DNA from: Promethearchaeota archaeon
GTDB lineage: Archaea; Asgardarchaeota; Lokiarchaeia; Sigyniarchaeales; SOKP01
Assembly (NCBI GenBank): GCA_016840085.1
Contig: JAEOTA010000004.1
Location: 1 to 64,000, forward strand
Length of the DNA stretch: 64,000 nucleotides
Direction of reading: 5' to 3'
The first letter of the stretch is position 1. Every line of letters starts with the position of its first letter. The translations under genes and the position numbers were made by a program. The notes below the pieces were generated by a model that saw only the letters and a list, made by a program, of their open reading frames with translations, had not been told where the DNA came from and searched no databases. Shown here one piece after another: positions 30,825-41,961 of this stretch.

Positions 30825-31211
30825 CTAAAAAAGTTCCTGTGATTTAAGTAAACCTTTTAACGGTTTCATTCGGCTTTTATAATCTTTAGTTTTTTCTAAT
30901 AAGATTAATAATTTGTAATTTTTTGTCTTATCTAAATTTTTTTTGATCTGAACCAGTTTATTATCCTCTATAAAGTCCCGATTTTTGGTAATCGCAGATA
31001 ATGCTAAAGTGTTTTCAAGGATCCATAATTTTTTAGAAATTTTTGATGCAACTGGAAATCCATGACGATCAGTAATAACTCCTGCCACAAAATTTGGAAA
31101 GTTCTTTTCTATCCTGTATAAGAAATATTTAACTTCACTTTCATTTATAATGGTATTGTTTATTGGTTTATCCAATTCTATGACACCTAAATTGTCAATT
31201 TGATCTATCAA
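30825..31211 (-). CDS. Roadblock/LC7-like small protein
   Basis: FVAGVITDRHGFPVASKI motif typical of roadblock N-termini; divergent C-terminus. Confidence 0.6.
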   Translation of the reverse strand: MIDQIDNLGVIELDKPINNTIINESEVKYFLYRIEKNFPNFVAGVITDRHGFPVASKISKKLWILENTLALSAITKNRDFIEDNKLVQIKKNLDKTKNYKLLILLEKTKDYKSRMKPLKGLLKSQELF

Positions 31212-31375
31212 TTAGATCAAATTAATAGAACATTAAATGTTATAATATGAAGATAATATGATTAGAAGCAAAAAATAAATAAAATTATTTTTTTAACTGA
31301 AAAGTGATTGATTAAATAATATTATTTATCTATTAATAAGTTCAAAAAGAAAAATCAGATTTTTAAAATCCTTGT

Positions 31376-32353
31376 TTATTTATTGTTCTTTTTCAACGAA
31401 ATTCCAATTTTCAAATTTTCCACTAACTCACTAAAGCGATTTCGAACAGTTACTTCTGTTACACAACTTACACGAGCAATACTCCTCTGTGTTCGTCGTT
31501 CATTAGATAAAATACATGATGCATAAATTGCAGCTGCGCATACCCCTGTAGGACCTCGTCCTGAAGTTAAGCCTCGATCTTCTGCCATTCTTATAATTGT
31601 TTTTGCTATTTTATGGCATTTTGTAGTCAAATCCAATTCAGAAATAAATCTCGTAAGAAAATCAAGTGGTTTTGTGGGATTTAAATTTAAATCAAGTTCT
31701 TTCGAAATAAATCGAAAAGATCGACTAATCTCCTTCTTATCAACACGAGCTACATCAGCAATCTCATTTAACGTCCTTGGTACTTTATACATTCTACAAG
31801 CCGCATATAAGCTTGCAGCAGCAACACCTTCAATACTTCTACCGCGAATTAGATGTGCTTCTACAGCATCTCGATAGATTTTAGCAGCACATTCTCTTAA
31901 GTTTTTCTGAAGATCTAAGTTGGAAGCCATTCTGTCGAGCTCACTAAGAGCAAATGTAAGATTTCTTTCTGTTGCATCTGATACTCTGATTCGACTCTGC
32001 CATTTTCGAAGACGATAGATCTGTCCCCTTAATTTAGCAGGTATTTCTTTGCCAAATATATCTCGATTTTTCCAATCAATCATGGTACTAAGTCCTTTAT
32101 CATGTATCATATAAGTCATAGGAGCACCAGTTCTAGTTCTCTTTTTTTTCTGATCCGCATCAAATGCTCTCCATTCTGGTCCCCGATCAATATGTTTTTC
32201 AGAATGAACTAAGCCACATTCTTCACATACAAGTAATCCTCTATTTTCATCAAAGAAAATAGCTTTACCACATTCAGAGCAAATACCACTTTCTATACAC
32301 AAGTTCTCATTTGATGCAGAATTTATTTCTCTCCAACTTGAAATAGAACACAC
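31376..32353 (-). CDS. tfb: Transcription initiation factor IIB
   Basis: Zn ribbon CSEC...[15 protein letters not shown], two cyclin repeats ([36 protein letters not shown]). Confidence 0.97.
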   Translation of the reverse strand: MCSISSWREINSASNENLCIESGICSECGKAIFFDENRGLLVCEECGLVHSEKHIDRGPEWRAFDADQKKKRTRTGAPMTYMIHDKGLSTMIDWKNRDIFGKEIPAKLRGQIYRLRKWQSRIRVSDATERNLTFALSELDRMASNLDLQKNLRECAAKIYRDAVEAHLIRGRSIEGVAAASLYAACRMYKVPRTLNEIADVARVDKKEISRSFRFISKELDLNLNPTKPLDFLTRFISELDLTTKCHKIAKTIIRMAEDRGLTSGRGPTGVCAAAIYASCILSNERRTQRSIARVSCVTEVTVRNRFSELVENLKIGISLKKNNK

Positions 32354-32397
32354 CTTTTTTAACTATATTCTTTTATTTTAAAAGAATTTTTGGAAAA

Positions 32398-32649
32398 TTA
32401 TGCTATTTTAGTATATAATTTGGTATTTGGTTCAAATGGTTGATTAGGTAAAGTCTTTATCGAAATAAAAGGGAGATTAAAGGGACCAAAGATATCTTTT
32501 ACATTGCCAATTTTTTCATATTTTTCATTATACACTGGTTGTTTGAAAATTTTTTCGAGACTCTTATTCCACTGTTTAGCTCTAAAGATTTGATGTTTTT
32601 TAGATTTTCCGATGTAGAAAAGATTTAATTTAACCCAGTTTTTTTTCAA
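32398..32649 (-). CDS. gar1: H/ACA RNP component Gar1
   Basis: IGNVKDIFGPFNLPFISIK motif; typical position upstream of tfb; probable TTG start at 32649 (ORF track extends to 32721). Confidence 0.8.
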   Translation of the reverse strand: MKKNWVKLNLFYIGKSKKHQIFRAKQWNKSLEKIFKQPVYNEKYEKIGNVKDIFGPFNLPFISIKTLPNQPFEPNTKLYTKIA

Positions 32650-32801
32650 AAGAGTCCCTTGCTTTAGCAATGAGATTAACATAAAAGATGGTGAGTAATA
32701 TTTAAATATAATGGTTTTCATTATTTTTTCTTACAAAAATGGAAATTAATAACTTAATAATCTAATTACAATTTAATCGAATTTTTTATTTAGAAAAAAT
32801 T

Positions 32802-33902
32802 TCAGCAATAATTTTTCTGTAGTTGATATTTTCTCTTGCAATCACATTCAAATCTATTTTGTTCCAACTCACTTAAATTTTGAGAAAGAACAAAATTCTT
32901 AAGTAATAGCTTTGCAGAATTCTCACATTCTCTTTTTAAGCAATTATGTATCCCTCTTCTCGTTCCAGCACCACTAGGATCAGACAAAATTCGAACTTTA
33001 TCTAAATCTTTTTGTGTTAGTGATTTTTTTAAACATTTAAATAGGGAATAATACCACGGAGGTCTATATCTATTTTGATACCAGAGATATTCCACAAGAG
33101 TGCCTTTTTGTATGTTCAATGGATTAATCGATATTGTATTTATTTCTAGTTCAATTAGTTTTCTAATTGAATTTACACAATCATCTATAGCAGCTTGTTC
33201 ATTAAGAAATGGTGGTTTAAATAATAAATAAGCTTTTACACCTATATTATACTCTTTACATTCTTTATATACTTCTTTAAAATCTTCGAATAGAAATCCC
33301 TTATTAATATAATTGTTTCTAATATAATCATTCACAGTTTCAAGTCCAATAGCGATCTCAACATATTTTTCTTTTAGAAATTCTTTTATCTCAGAAAGGC
33401 TCTCTGTAGTTATATATTCTAATCTGCTTTCTATGACGAATTCTTTAATATTTTCGATTTTTGCAATTCTTTCATAAATAGTTCGCCTAACATCTTCAGT
33501 GATTTCTTTTTCATCAAAAAAACTTCCCGAATTAAATATTTTTAATATATAATTATCATGATCCTTTTCTATCTCGCTAATTTTAGTGTTAATAGCATAA
33601 TTAAATTGATTTATAACTTGAGATTGATCAACATCATCAATATTTGCATCATTTACATATCCACACATCGTACATCCACCAGTTTCACCTAATGACCAAC
33701 TACATCCTTTTGTTCTCAGGATAATTGTGAATTGCTTTCCTATTTCATTAATAAGTCGATCTTTTTTTATCCAAAAAGCAATAGGTTGATTTAATTGTTC
33801 TTTTCCATATTTTTTCTTGTTTTTTAGAGTTTTTTCTCTAAAAAATTTAACTTTTTCTGCAATATATTCATTATATTCTTTTAAATTACTATTTTTTATC
33901 AT
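32802..33902 (-). CDS. Archaeosine biosynthesis radical SAM enzyme RaSEA
   Basis: LRTKGCSW...GGCTMCG, IFNSGSFFD, YLLFKPPFLNE, YRPPWYYS; overlaps arcS. Confidence 0.88.
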   Translation of the reverse strand: MIKNSNLKEYNEYIAEKVKFFREKTLKNKKKYGKEQLNQPIAFWIKKDRLINEIGKQFTIILRTKGCSWSLGETGGCTMCGYVNDANIDDVDQSQVINQFNYAINTKISEIEKDHDNYILKIFNSGSFFDEKEITEDVRRTIYERIAKIENIKEFVIESRLEYITTESLSEIKEFLKEKYVEIAIGLETVNDYIRNNYINKGFLFEDFKEVYKECKEYNIGVKAYLLFKPPFLNEQAAIDDCVNSIRKLIELEINTISINPLNIQKGTLVEYLWYQNRYRPPWYYSLFKCLKKSLTQKDLDKVRILSDPSGAGTRRGIHNCLKRECENSAKLLLKNFVLSQNLSELEQNRFECDCKRKYQLQKNYC

Positions 33903-35979
33903 TGATTTTAACTATTCTCCCAGTTTTTGAATTCCTTATAAAATTCGAACCAACTATTAAATTTCCGGTTCCTATTACATCGTTTTTTTCCTTATTTATA
34001 ATGAACGTAAAATTGTTTGGGATTAAATCTTGACTGAAATCTATGATCCCCTTTCGAAATAATGTATTACCTTTAATGTGATCTGCATCAAAGACAATCG
34101 TATTTGAATCTATAGAATAGGGTACTTGAATTAATCGATTAATTCCCTTAAGTGTTAAATCTATTTGGCCTGTAGAGGATTTAAAAACTCCCAATCTTTC
34201 CTTGCTTTTTAAATCTATTAAATTAATATTACCATTAGACTTAAGTTTGATTTGTATTAATTCTTGTGAAATTACTCTCATTCCTGAACCGACACCAAAC
34301 TGATAATCTAATATTTTAATAAATTTTCGAATCCACGATTTTGTTAAAAAATCTCCTTTCTTTAACTGTTGTTTAGGGTTATACTTATCCTTGTATTCAC
34401 TAATTAAATATTCTAATGATTGAAGGGATTCTTTTGATGTTAATTTATCTGAAATTTTTGTAAAAAAGAATTTATGAGGTAATTTAGATTTAGCTCTCTC
34501 AACAATCTCATGATATTCATTTTTAAGATGACAAACAATCGGAATATCCTTATCATATTTTTCTAGCATTTTTACGAGCATTTTAGCAGCGATATTCAAT
34601 TCTTCATTATTCCAATCTCCTGTAACTGAAATATCATACGAATTAACAGGATAAATATTTTCAAATTGTCTTGGAATAACTCCTAAAGGTGAAGTCAGAA
34701 TAAATTCTTGGAAATTTGGAAATTCTGAAAATTTTCTTATTCTTTCATAAAATAATTTATGAGATTTAGATTCAGAATAAGGCTTTTTAGCTGAGCATGG
34801 AAGTAATATGATTAAAGTGGTCCATGGTTCAGGTTCAAAATTTATTATTGCTCTTTCTCTAAATTCTTTAAAATCTGGTCGATTATATGAAGATGGTCCA
34901 AGGCATCTAATTTTTCTATTTTTTATAGTTATAGGTGTTTCATATCTCATTAGATTAAAATATTCTTTATCTAACATTTTCAAAATTGAGATTAAATTAG
35001 TATCATCACACGTAGATTTTTCGACAAAGGCTCTATAATCTTCATAATTTAAATATTGGTTAATTTTATTCATGTAATTAGTTGCCGATATTATATTATG
35101 GAGACATAATAAATCTATTTTCTCAGAAGAATATTTAATATCAAAAAGATTCATTAATTTTCCTTTACAAGCAACACAAGTACAAGGTAAATACCTCACT
35201 TTATATATTGGAAGAAGATACTCTATCGTGTCATAGAAATTTTCAGCTGACAAATATAATAAATAAGAACTGTCAATTAGATCCACGCCTAAATATATTA
35301 AAATAGGATAAAATTTAGGGATTATCCTACCTGAAGCCATTACAACGAGATTGTTGTCCAATTCAGTTTTAATCTCAGAAATAACCCTTGAAATACCTCT
35401 AAAATTACTAAAATTATCAAAAACATCAGATAAGTTTAACAATTTAATATTTTCATTCTGAATTATAATTGGGATATAGAGTTTAAACAATTCAGAATAA
35501 TCAAAAACTTTAATCGTTATGCCAAAATTAAGATTTGGATATTTTTTTAAGATATATTTGATCTTTTTAAGATATTCTTTTATTTCTTTTTCTGCAAAAT
35601 CTTTGTTAATAGATGTTGTAGGAATATTAAAAGGTAATATTGATATTATCTTGTCTTCAGAGAAGATTTCTAAATTTCTTATTAAAAGATCTTCAAAATT
35701 CTCCAAAGTTCCATTAGAAGAAAAAATAAATCCTGTATCCTTGAATTTTTCACGAAGAAATCCAATTTTTAAAAATATCTCTTTTGAAATAATGAAGAGC
35801 TTGTGATTTTCAAATTCTTGTATAAAACTAAATTGTTTCATTAATGAATTTTTTATAGGAATAATTATATTTGGAGTGTTTATATATAGCTTCCGATCTC
35901 TAGATAATGATATCCGCCCTATTCTTGAATAACCTATCCTACTGGCTTTTAATTCAAAAAAATAATTCATACTTTTCAA
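33889..35979 (-). CDS. arcS: Archaeosine synthase ArcS (TgtA2-like, C-terminal PUA)
   Basis: GVDLID, CTCVAC...HN, LLPCSAKKPYSESKSH, ILTSPLGVIPR, YDISVTGDW, DYQFG. Confidence 0.9.
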   Translation of the reverse strand: MKSMNYFFELKASRIGYSRIGRISLSRDRKLYINTPNIIIPIKNSLMKQFSFIQEFENHKLFIISKEIFLKIGFLREKFKDTGFIFSSNGTLENFEDLLIRNLEIFSEDKIISILPFNIPTTSINKDFAEKEIKEYLKKIKYILKKYPNLNFGITIKVFDYSELFKLYIPIIIQNENIKLLNLSDVFDNFSNFRGISRVISEIKTELDNNLVVMASGRIIPKFYPILIYLGVDLIDSSYLLYLSAENFYDTIEYLLPIYKVRYLPCTCVACKGKLMNLFDIKYSSEKIDLLCLHNIISATNYMNKINQYLNYEDYRAFVEKSTCDDTNLISILKMLDKEYFNLMRYETPITIKNRKIRCLGPSSYNRPDFKEFRERAIINFEPEPWTTLIILLPCSAKKPYSESKSHKLFYERIRKFSEFPNFQEFILTSPLGVIPRQFENIYPVNSYDISVTGDWNNEELNIAAKMLVKMLEKYDKDIPIVCHLKNEYHEIVERAKSKLPHKFFFTKISDKLTSKESLQSLEYLISEYKDKYNPKQQLKKGDFLTKSWIRKFIKILDYQFGVGSGMRVISQELIQIKLKSNGNINLIDLKSKERLGVFKSSTGQIDLTLKGINRLIQVPYSIDSNTIVFDADHIKGNTLFRKGIIDFSQDLIPNNFTFIINKEKNDVIGTGNLIVGSNFIRNSKTGRIVKINDKK

Positions 35980-36092
35980 TAAATACGACTAAATTACTGA
36001 ATTAATTTTTTTCTATTTAATTTATTGAAATATTCTAAAATTATTAAGAATTCACTCATTGGAAATTAATATATCTTTAAAGTCTTATTTTT

Positions 36093-37415
36093 TTAAAAAA
36101 TCAGAAAATTTGTATATAATTTTAACTCATCTAGGACAAAATGAGTAAAAGTGTCTTCGATTTCTTCTGTTAGATAAAGTTGTCTTATGAAATTTCCATA
36201 TTCCTCTATTTTCTTTACACGAACAATAGCTAATAAACCATATTGTTCGCCTATCCGAAAAAGATCAGTAATGTTTTTGTTATTTTCTAATTTGAAGGCA
36301 AGTTCATTGTATTTGGATGGATCTTTTGGTTTAATTCGGAGTATATACTTACCTTTAAAACCTATTTCTTTCGGAGAGAAATCAACTGTGTAATTTAGAA
36401 TTACACCTTGACGTTCAAGTTTTTTAATTCTATTATGTATCGTTGATTGTGATATTTCATCATTATGTTGTTCCTTAAAGATTTTTTTTATTTCGTATGT
36501 TGATATTGGTTTAAGTCCTTGCCCATCCCGCAAAATTTTTAATATTTTATAATCAATATTGTCTATTTTAAGATTTAGATCGATGTTTTTCTTATCTATT
36601 TTTATCCCAATCTTCCTTATAGCTTTAATTATCTTATTTATTACGTGTTCAGCGTCTGTAGTCTCTCTTAAACCGCTTACAATTATTTTACCATTTGAAG
36701 AAATTAAAATGGTTGTGTTAATTTTTTCAAGCTTCATAACAATACCCGGAAATTTCTTGGGATTATATTTAATATCCATATGATTTCGACCGATCAGATT
36801 TAAATCAATTTTCTCTGCAAGTTCTACCTCTGCATTCTCAATTATATAATCTGAATTAGTATCATAATCTTTTTTCTTTTTCAATATGAAATTTAATTGT
36901 TCTACGAGCTCCTCTTCAAAAGTCATATTTAAGCTCCTTAAGCTAATTCCATTTGTTTTAAACACCTTAATGGTTTCAATGATCTGATATTTTTTAAAAT
37001 ATGATCGCGCCATAATTTTATCAATTGTATTTAATATCTGATAATATTCCTCGGGGGATTTAAAGATAAATAAGGCGAATAGAGAAAATTCTCCAAAAAT
37101 ACCATCTAACATTTTTATCTGGGGGATATTCAGCAATTCCTCAACAAGTTCAGGCTCTTTTGGGTTAGTTTTAATTTCAAGCATGACATATTTTAGATTA
37201 TTCGGCCTAAGATTTGGATTAATATTAATTGTAAAATTAGTAATTATTTTTCGATCCCTTAAATTATCAAGCTTGTTTTGATATGTTTGTCTAGAGATAC
37301 CTATCGCACGGGAATTTTTTGAAATAATAAATTTGGTTTTTCCACTTAAATTTTTTATAAAACGCTGGACTTCTACTCGATCTTTATTATTGTTCATAAT
37401 ATAACAGTTTTGCAT
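36093..37415 (-). CDS. Tandem Lrp/AsnC regulator with an internal single TBP-like repeat
   Basis: Two wHTH+RAM units (GISRQTYQNKLDNL...; DNIDYKILKIL...ISQSTIHNRIKKLERQGVI) flank KYNPKKFPGIVMKL...TILISSNGKIIVSGLR. Confidence 0.82.
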   Translation of the reverse strand: MQNCYIMNNNKDRVEVQRFIKNLSGKTKFIISKNSRAIGISRQTYQNKLDNLRDRKIITNFTININPNLRPNNLKYVMLEIKTNPKEPELVEELLNIPQIKMLDGIFGEFSLFALFIFKSPEEYYQILNTIDKIMARSYFKKYQIIETIKVFKTNGISLRSLNMTFEEELVEQLNFILKKKKDYDTNSDYIIENAEVELAEKIDLNLIGRNHMDIKYNPKKFPGIVMKLEKINTTILISSNGKIIVSGLRETTDAEHVINKIIKAIRKIGIKIDKKNIDLNLKIDNIDYKILKILRDGQGLKPISTYEIKKIFKEQHNDEISQSTIHNRIKKLERQGVILNYTVDFSPKEIGFKGKYILRIKPKDPSKYNELAFKLENNKNITDLFRIGEQYGLLAIVRVKKIEEYGNFIRQLYLTEEIEDTFTHFVLDELKLYTNFLIF

Positions 37416-37535
37416 TTTCTTTTAGAAATATTAATTATATGTAAAACCTATTATAAAAATATTTGCACTTAACCAAAAATAGCTTTATTAATTAATTAAA
37501 ATTATAAAGTTTATAACAATAAAAGTGAATTTTAA

Positions 37536-38804
37536 ATGGTAAATTATAAAGTTGCCGATGAAAGTTTAGCAGAAAAAGGAAAGGAAGCACTATATATTGC
37601 AGAAAATAAAATGCCTGTAACCGCGAAAGTTCTGAGAGATCGTTTTGCTAAAGAAAAACCATTGGAAGGTATCACAATAGCAGGCTGCCTTCATGTAACA
37701 AAAGAAACAGGTAATTTGGCTCGCACTTTAAAAGCTGGAGGTGCTGAAGTATATTTATGTGGGAGTAATCCTCTCTCAACTCAAGATGATGTTACGGCTG
37801 CTCTGGTTCAGGAAGGAATAAATGTATTCGCATGGCATGGTAATACAGATGAGGAATTCTATTGGTGTATTCGTGAGTGTCTTAAGGCTAAACCCAATAT
37901 CCTAATTGATGATGGTGCCGATATGATTGTTACTGCGCATCAAGAGTTTGAAGATTTGATAAAATCGGGCACTATTATAGCATGCCAAGAGGAAACTACT
38001 ACGGGTGTTAAAAGATTTAGAGCGATGGAAAAGCAAGGAAAATTGAAGATACCTTTATTTCCTGTCAATGATGCTAGATGTAAGAATCAATTTGATAACG
38101 AGCTTGGAACGGGACAAGGAATTGTTTCTGCGATTTATGGAATGCATATTCTTTTTGCGGGTAAGGTTTGTGTGATTAGTGGATATGGACACTGTTCATC
38201 TGGAATGGCACTAAGAGCAAGGGGTCTTGGTGCTAACGTGGTTGTCACTGAAGTTGATCCGATTAAAGCACTTCAAGCTAAATTTGCAGGATATCAAGTT
38301 ATGCCTATAGCAGAAGCTCTACCAATTGCTGATATAATCCTAACAGCGACAGGGTGCAAACACGTGATTGCTCCGACAAAAGAGATGTTCAATAAGTTAA
38401 AAGACGGAGTAATTCTTGGTAATCTTGGACATTTTGACATTGAAATTCCAACCAAGGAATTATACGAATACGCAAAATGGATAAAACCTATTCGTTCTAA
38501 TGTGGAAGAATTGACCTTTCCTGATGGCAAAAGAGTTTATCTACTCGCCAAAGGGAGATTAGCTAACCTTGTTTTATCTGAGGGACACCCCAGTGAGATC
38601 ATGGATATGTCTTTTGCCCTTCAATCCTTAATGTCGGAATATATTGTAAAAAATAAAGATTCCCTAAAACCAGGTATGCTTGAGGTTCCAACTGATATTG
38701 ATGATAAAGTTGGTTTTCTAAAACTTAAAGCTATGGGTGTTGAGATTGATACCTTAACAACGGAACAATATAATTACATACACGGTTATGAAGAAGGAAC
38801 TTAA
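37536..38804 (+). CDS. ahcY: S-adenosylhomocysteine hydrolase
   Basis: GCLHVT, SNPLSTQD, DDGAD, EETTTG, VNDA, GRLANL, GHPSEIMDMSF. Confidence 0.96.
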   Translation: MVNYKVADESLAEKGKEALYIAENKMPVTAKVLRDRFAKEKPLEGITIAGCLHVTKETGNLARTLKAGGAEVYLCGSNPLSTQDDVTAALVQEGINVFAWHGNTDEEFYWCIRECLKAKPNILIDDGADMIVTAHQEFEDLIKSGTIIACQEETTTGVKRFRAMEKQGKLKIPLFPVNDARCKNQFDNELGTGQGIVSAIYGMHILFAGKVCVISGYGHCSSGMALRARGLGANVVVTEVDPIKALQAKFAGYQVMPIAEALPIADIILTATGCKHVIAPTKEMFNKLKDGVILGNLGHFDIEIPTKELYEYAKWIKPIRSNVEELTFPDGKRVYLLAKGRLANLVLSEGHPSEIMDMSFALQSLMSEYIVKNKDSLKPGMLEVPTDIDDKVGFLKLKAMGVEIDTLTTEQYNYIHGYEEGT

Positions 38805-39033
38805 TTTTTATTTTATTTTTTTTTTACCTGCTGTTCACCCTGATCAATATGAAGGATCTGGTCTTTAAATCTCCCATTCACTACACCATTTTTTAACATA
38901 ACCAGTTGATTTATTTTACATTTTGGTAATATTATTTAATGGCATATTCCATACTCAAATAAAAAATCAGAATAAAATTTTAAGTCTTTACCTTTCTTTC
39001 AATTACCTCTTCTTTTTTAAAGGTAATATTGTC

Positions 39034-39171
39034 TTAAACAAGACTTAATTCTTTACGTAAGTTATCGGCCAGGTCTCCTAATCTATTAGCTGTAGCTTTA
39101 ACCTCTTCCATTGATGCACTTTGTTGTTCTGTAGCAGAATTTATTTTCTTTATTGAAGAATGAGACGCTTT
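39034..39171 (-). pseudogene. C-terminal remnant of a methyl-accepting chemotaxis-like protein
   Basis: Translates as ...INSATEQQSASMEEVKATANRLGDLADNLRKEL*, an MCP methylation helix; the rest of the gene is absent. Confidence 0.6.
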
Positions 39172-39209
39172 AAATAAATAACTAAAAAAAGTATTAAAAA
39201 AGTTATTCT

Positions 39210-40826
39210 TTATTCAATTCTTTTAAGTTTTCTTAACCCGAATATAAAGATGGGAATAGCTATTAATGCTTGAATACCATTAAACCCTGCTAAGAATTCA
39301 TAAATCGCCCAATTTGAAGTAGGGGGTTCCGTAAATAGTGCGGCGATTAAAAAGATAAAACCTATGAACTGTCCCATTTGAATTGCTACGGTTATAAACA
39401 TATTCCCTCCCATATTTTTTCCTTTTTCTTCAAACGCAGGACGAAAACATTGTACTCCAATTGTTATAACGATTGCAAATATAGCAGAAAATAAAAAAGC
39501 GACAAAAGAAGATAGTATATCTATGAATTCAAATTCTAAAATGATACTGAGCGCAATTGTGAGTCCTATATCCATTAGAATTATTAATATTACCAGCGAA
39601 AACAAATAAGAATAGACCAGCCCGTTGACAGACCTAGGGGATTTCTTATATACCCAAAGTAGATCCTTAGAACCTACAAAGATATAACTCCCAAATATAA
39701 TACTCAATATAAATCCACCCATAAAGGTTCTTATTAATCTATATACTGCTGTAGTTATAAATTGACCACCCCCCATTTCAGGCACTATTAAGGGATACAC
39801 AATACCGAAAAAAGCAATGATTCCTATTGCGTAGACGAGTTTAGAAATATTTTCTTTTTTACGAAAGAATCCTTTAAATTGAACGATGACTAATCCTTCC
39901 CATTTTTTCCCGATAAACATCCTAAAAAATCCATATAGTTTACTCTCTTCTTCGATAATCGTAGCACCTTTTTCAGTACCCCCTTCTAGGCTATAAAAAG
40001 TATTTGCTTTCTTATATGAAAGATATAATACAAATAATGTTATGATAATAACTAATCCAATATTCATCCAAATATTTAGTATATAAGATTCCAAAAGCGA
40101 TGGCTCTAAGATATAAACAGCTATACTTGAAAACCAATATGCTGGATAAATAGAAAGCCAATTCTTAAGTTCTGGATGCTCTAGCAAATATTTAAAGAAA
40201 TATTGTAAACTATAGATAAGGGCGACCATTCCTATAGATATTATCATGAGCAGAACCTTGGCAAGATCTCGATATTTTTCCGAATCGGCGATTTTATGTT
40301 CGATCCAAGAAGATAGTATAGACCCTAACAACAATGCAAATAAACACATTCCAAAAACGTCAGTATAAATTACCAAAGTTTGTATGAAGGTTAGATCTAT
40401 AAGGGGATTGATGAGACCTACAATGGCAGGAGTAAGCCCAAGAACAAACAATAGCATAAACGGTAATTTTCCCACAAATTCTCCAAAAAAGATATCTCCC
40501 GCGGTTATAGGGGCTGCTAAAATCATCTCTTTATGACCAATCTCTGTTTGCCTATAGATAAAATTAAGCGGGTAGAGTATTATAATTATAAAGAATATCA
40601 TAAGCATATACTCAATGATTAACGCAACCGCAGGAACAATAATTGGTTTAAACTCCTCACTTTGAGCTAAAGTCGGCATAAAAGAATCAAATAATAATGG
40701 TGCTAAAATAAATCCCCATATCAATAACACACCATAGAGAATTACAAAAAAAAGCAGGCGATGTCTTCGAAATTTACTAGTTCTCCTTTTAAGTTCATTT
40801 TTTGCAATTACTTTCCATAAACCCAT
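39210..40826 (-). CDS. ABC exporter permease (multi-pass membrane protein)
   Basis: About 12 TM segments; downstream of the ATPase on the same strand. Confidence 0.8.
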   Translation of the reverse strand: MGLWKVIAKNELKRRTSKFRRHRLLFFVILYGVLLIWGFILAPLLFDSFMPTLAQSEEFKPIIVPAVALIIEYMLMIFFIIIILYPLNFIYRQTEIGHKEMILAAPITAGDIFFGEFVGKLPFMLLFVLGLTPAIVGLINPLIDLTFIQTLVIYTDVFGMCLFALLLGSILSSWIEHKIADSEKYRDLAKVLLMIISIGMVALIYSLQYFFKYLLEHPELKNWLSIYPAYWFSSIAVYILEPSLLESYILNIWMNIGLVIIITLFVLYLSYKKANTFYSLEGGTEKGATIIEEESKLYGFFRMFIGKKWEGLVIVQFKGFFRKKENISKLVYAIGIIAFFGIVYPLIVPEMGGGQFITTAVYRLIRTFMGGFILSIIFGSYIFVGSKDLLWVYKKSPRSVNGLVYSYLFSLVILIILMDIGLTIALSIILEFEFIDILSSFVAFLFSAIFAIVITIGVQCFRPAFEEKGKNMGGNMFITVAIQMGQFIGFIFLIAALFTEPPTSNWAIYEFLAGFNGIQALIAIPIFIFGLRKLKRIE

Positions 40827-40849
40827 TGTGAGAAATACCTCTTTTTATC

Positions 40850-41662
40850 TTATTTTTTCTGCTTTTTTTTTTTAGGAATATGGTTATTCATGTTTTTCTC
40901 GTCTCGCCACGCAAGTAGATCATCAATATGAGTTGCCCCAATTATTTTTAGATACGCATCTTCTAAATCTTTTGCACTCTGGGACTCAATGATCTCTTTA
41001 GGTTTTCCTTGTACCTTGAGCGCACCCTTATCGATTATACCAATTTTGTCGCACAATTCTTCCGCAGCATCTAATAAGTGCGTGCAAATGAAGATTGTCT
41101 TATCTGCTTTTTTCGCAAGCACAGAAATGAGGTCTTTTACCATTCTTGCTGCTGCAGGATCTAAATTCGAGGTAGGTTCATCGAGAAATATTATTTTAGG
41201 GTCTTGAATCAATGCCGCACATAGACATACTTTCTGTTTCATCCCCCGTGAATACCCCTCTAATAGGTCATTTTCACGCCCTTCCAAATCAAAAATATCC
41301 AGTAGTTCGTTAACTCTAGACGCAATCCTGTCTTCAGGAAGATAATATAATTCTCCTATAAATTCTAAGAATTCCTTTGCGGTTAGCTTCTGGTATAATC
41401 CAGGTGATTCTGGCAAGAATCCGCAGATCATTTTCACATCGCGACTTTGGGTTATAATATCAAAACCTCCCACCGTTGCGGTTCCCGCAGTAGGTCTTAT
41501 GATTGCGTTCAACATCCTAACAGTAGTCGTTTTCCCTGCTCCATTAGGTCCTAATAGTCCATAAGTCTGACCAAATGGAATCTCTAAATTTAATTCATCC
41601 ACAGCCACCACATTTCCAAAAACTTTTACAAGATTCGTGGTTTTTACCGCAAAATTATTCAT
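40850..41662 (-). CDS. ABC transporter ATP-binding protein
   Basis: GPNGAGKT, YSRGMKQK, FLDEPT; likely start at MNNFAV behind GGAGGAG (ORF track extends to 41722). Confidence 0.9.
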   Translation of the reverse strand: MNNFAVKTTNLVKVFGNVVAVDELNLEIPFGQTYGLLGPNGAGKTTTVRMLNAIIRPTAGTATVGGFDIITQSRDVKMICGFLPESPGLYQKLTAKEFLEFIGELYYLPEDRIASRVNELLDIFDLEGRENDLLEGYSRGMKQKVCLCAALIQDPKIIFLDEPTSNLDPAAARMVKDLISVLAKKADKTIFICTHLLDAAEELCDKIGIIDKGALKVQGKPKEIIESQSAKDLEDAYLKIIGATHIDDLLAWRDEKNMNNHIPKKKKQKK

Positions 41663-41961
41663 TTTTGTTTTTTCTCCTCCTCTTTCAATATTATTATCTT
41701 CTTTGATTACTATTAACCACAATTAACATTTACTAATCACAACTTTATTCTTTAAAATTTAAAGTTAAGCCTTAAAAATTTAGGTAAAGATTAATTTTCT
41801 CGTTATAAAATACGGACAATTCTAGAAAAAATTAATTATCATTTTGAGCAAGGGCATTATTCGGTGATTTTGGAGCACAATAAGTCCTGTTTACTATCCA
41901 TTCAAGCACTTGTCCAAAAACGCTACTTAAAACAACATTTAATCCAATTCGTATTATATGT

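Noticed and set aside
41842-41920. Imperfect hairpin at the right junction of the ahcY island
   Set aside because: Pairing is short and unsupported by a second copy; cannot be called a mobile-element end
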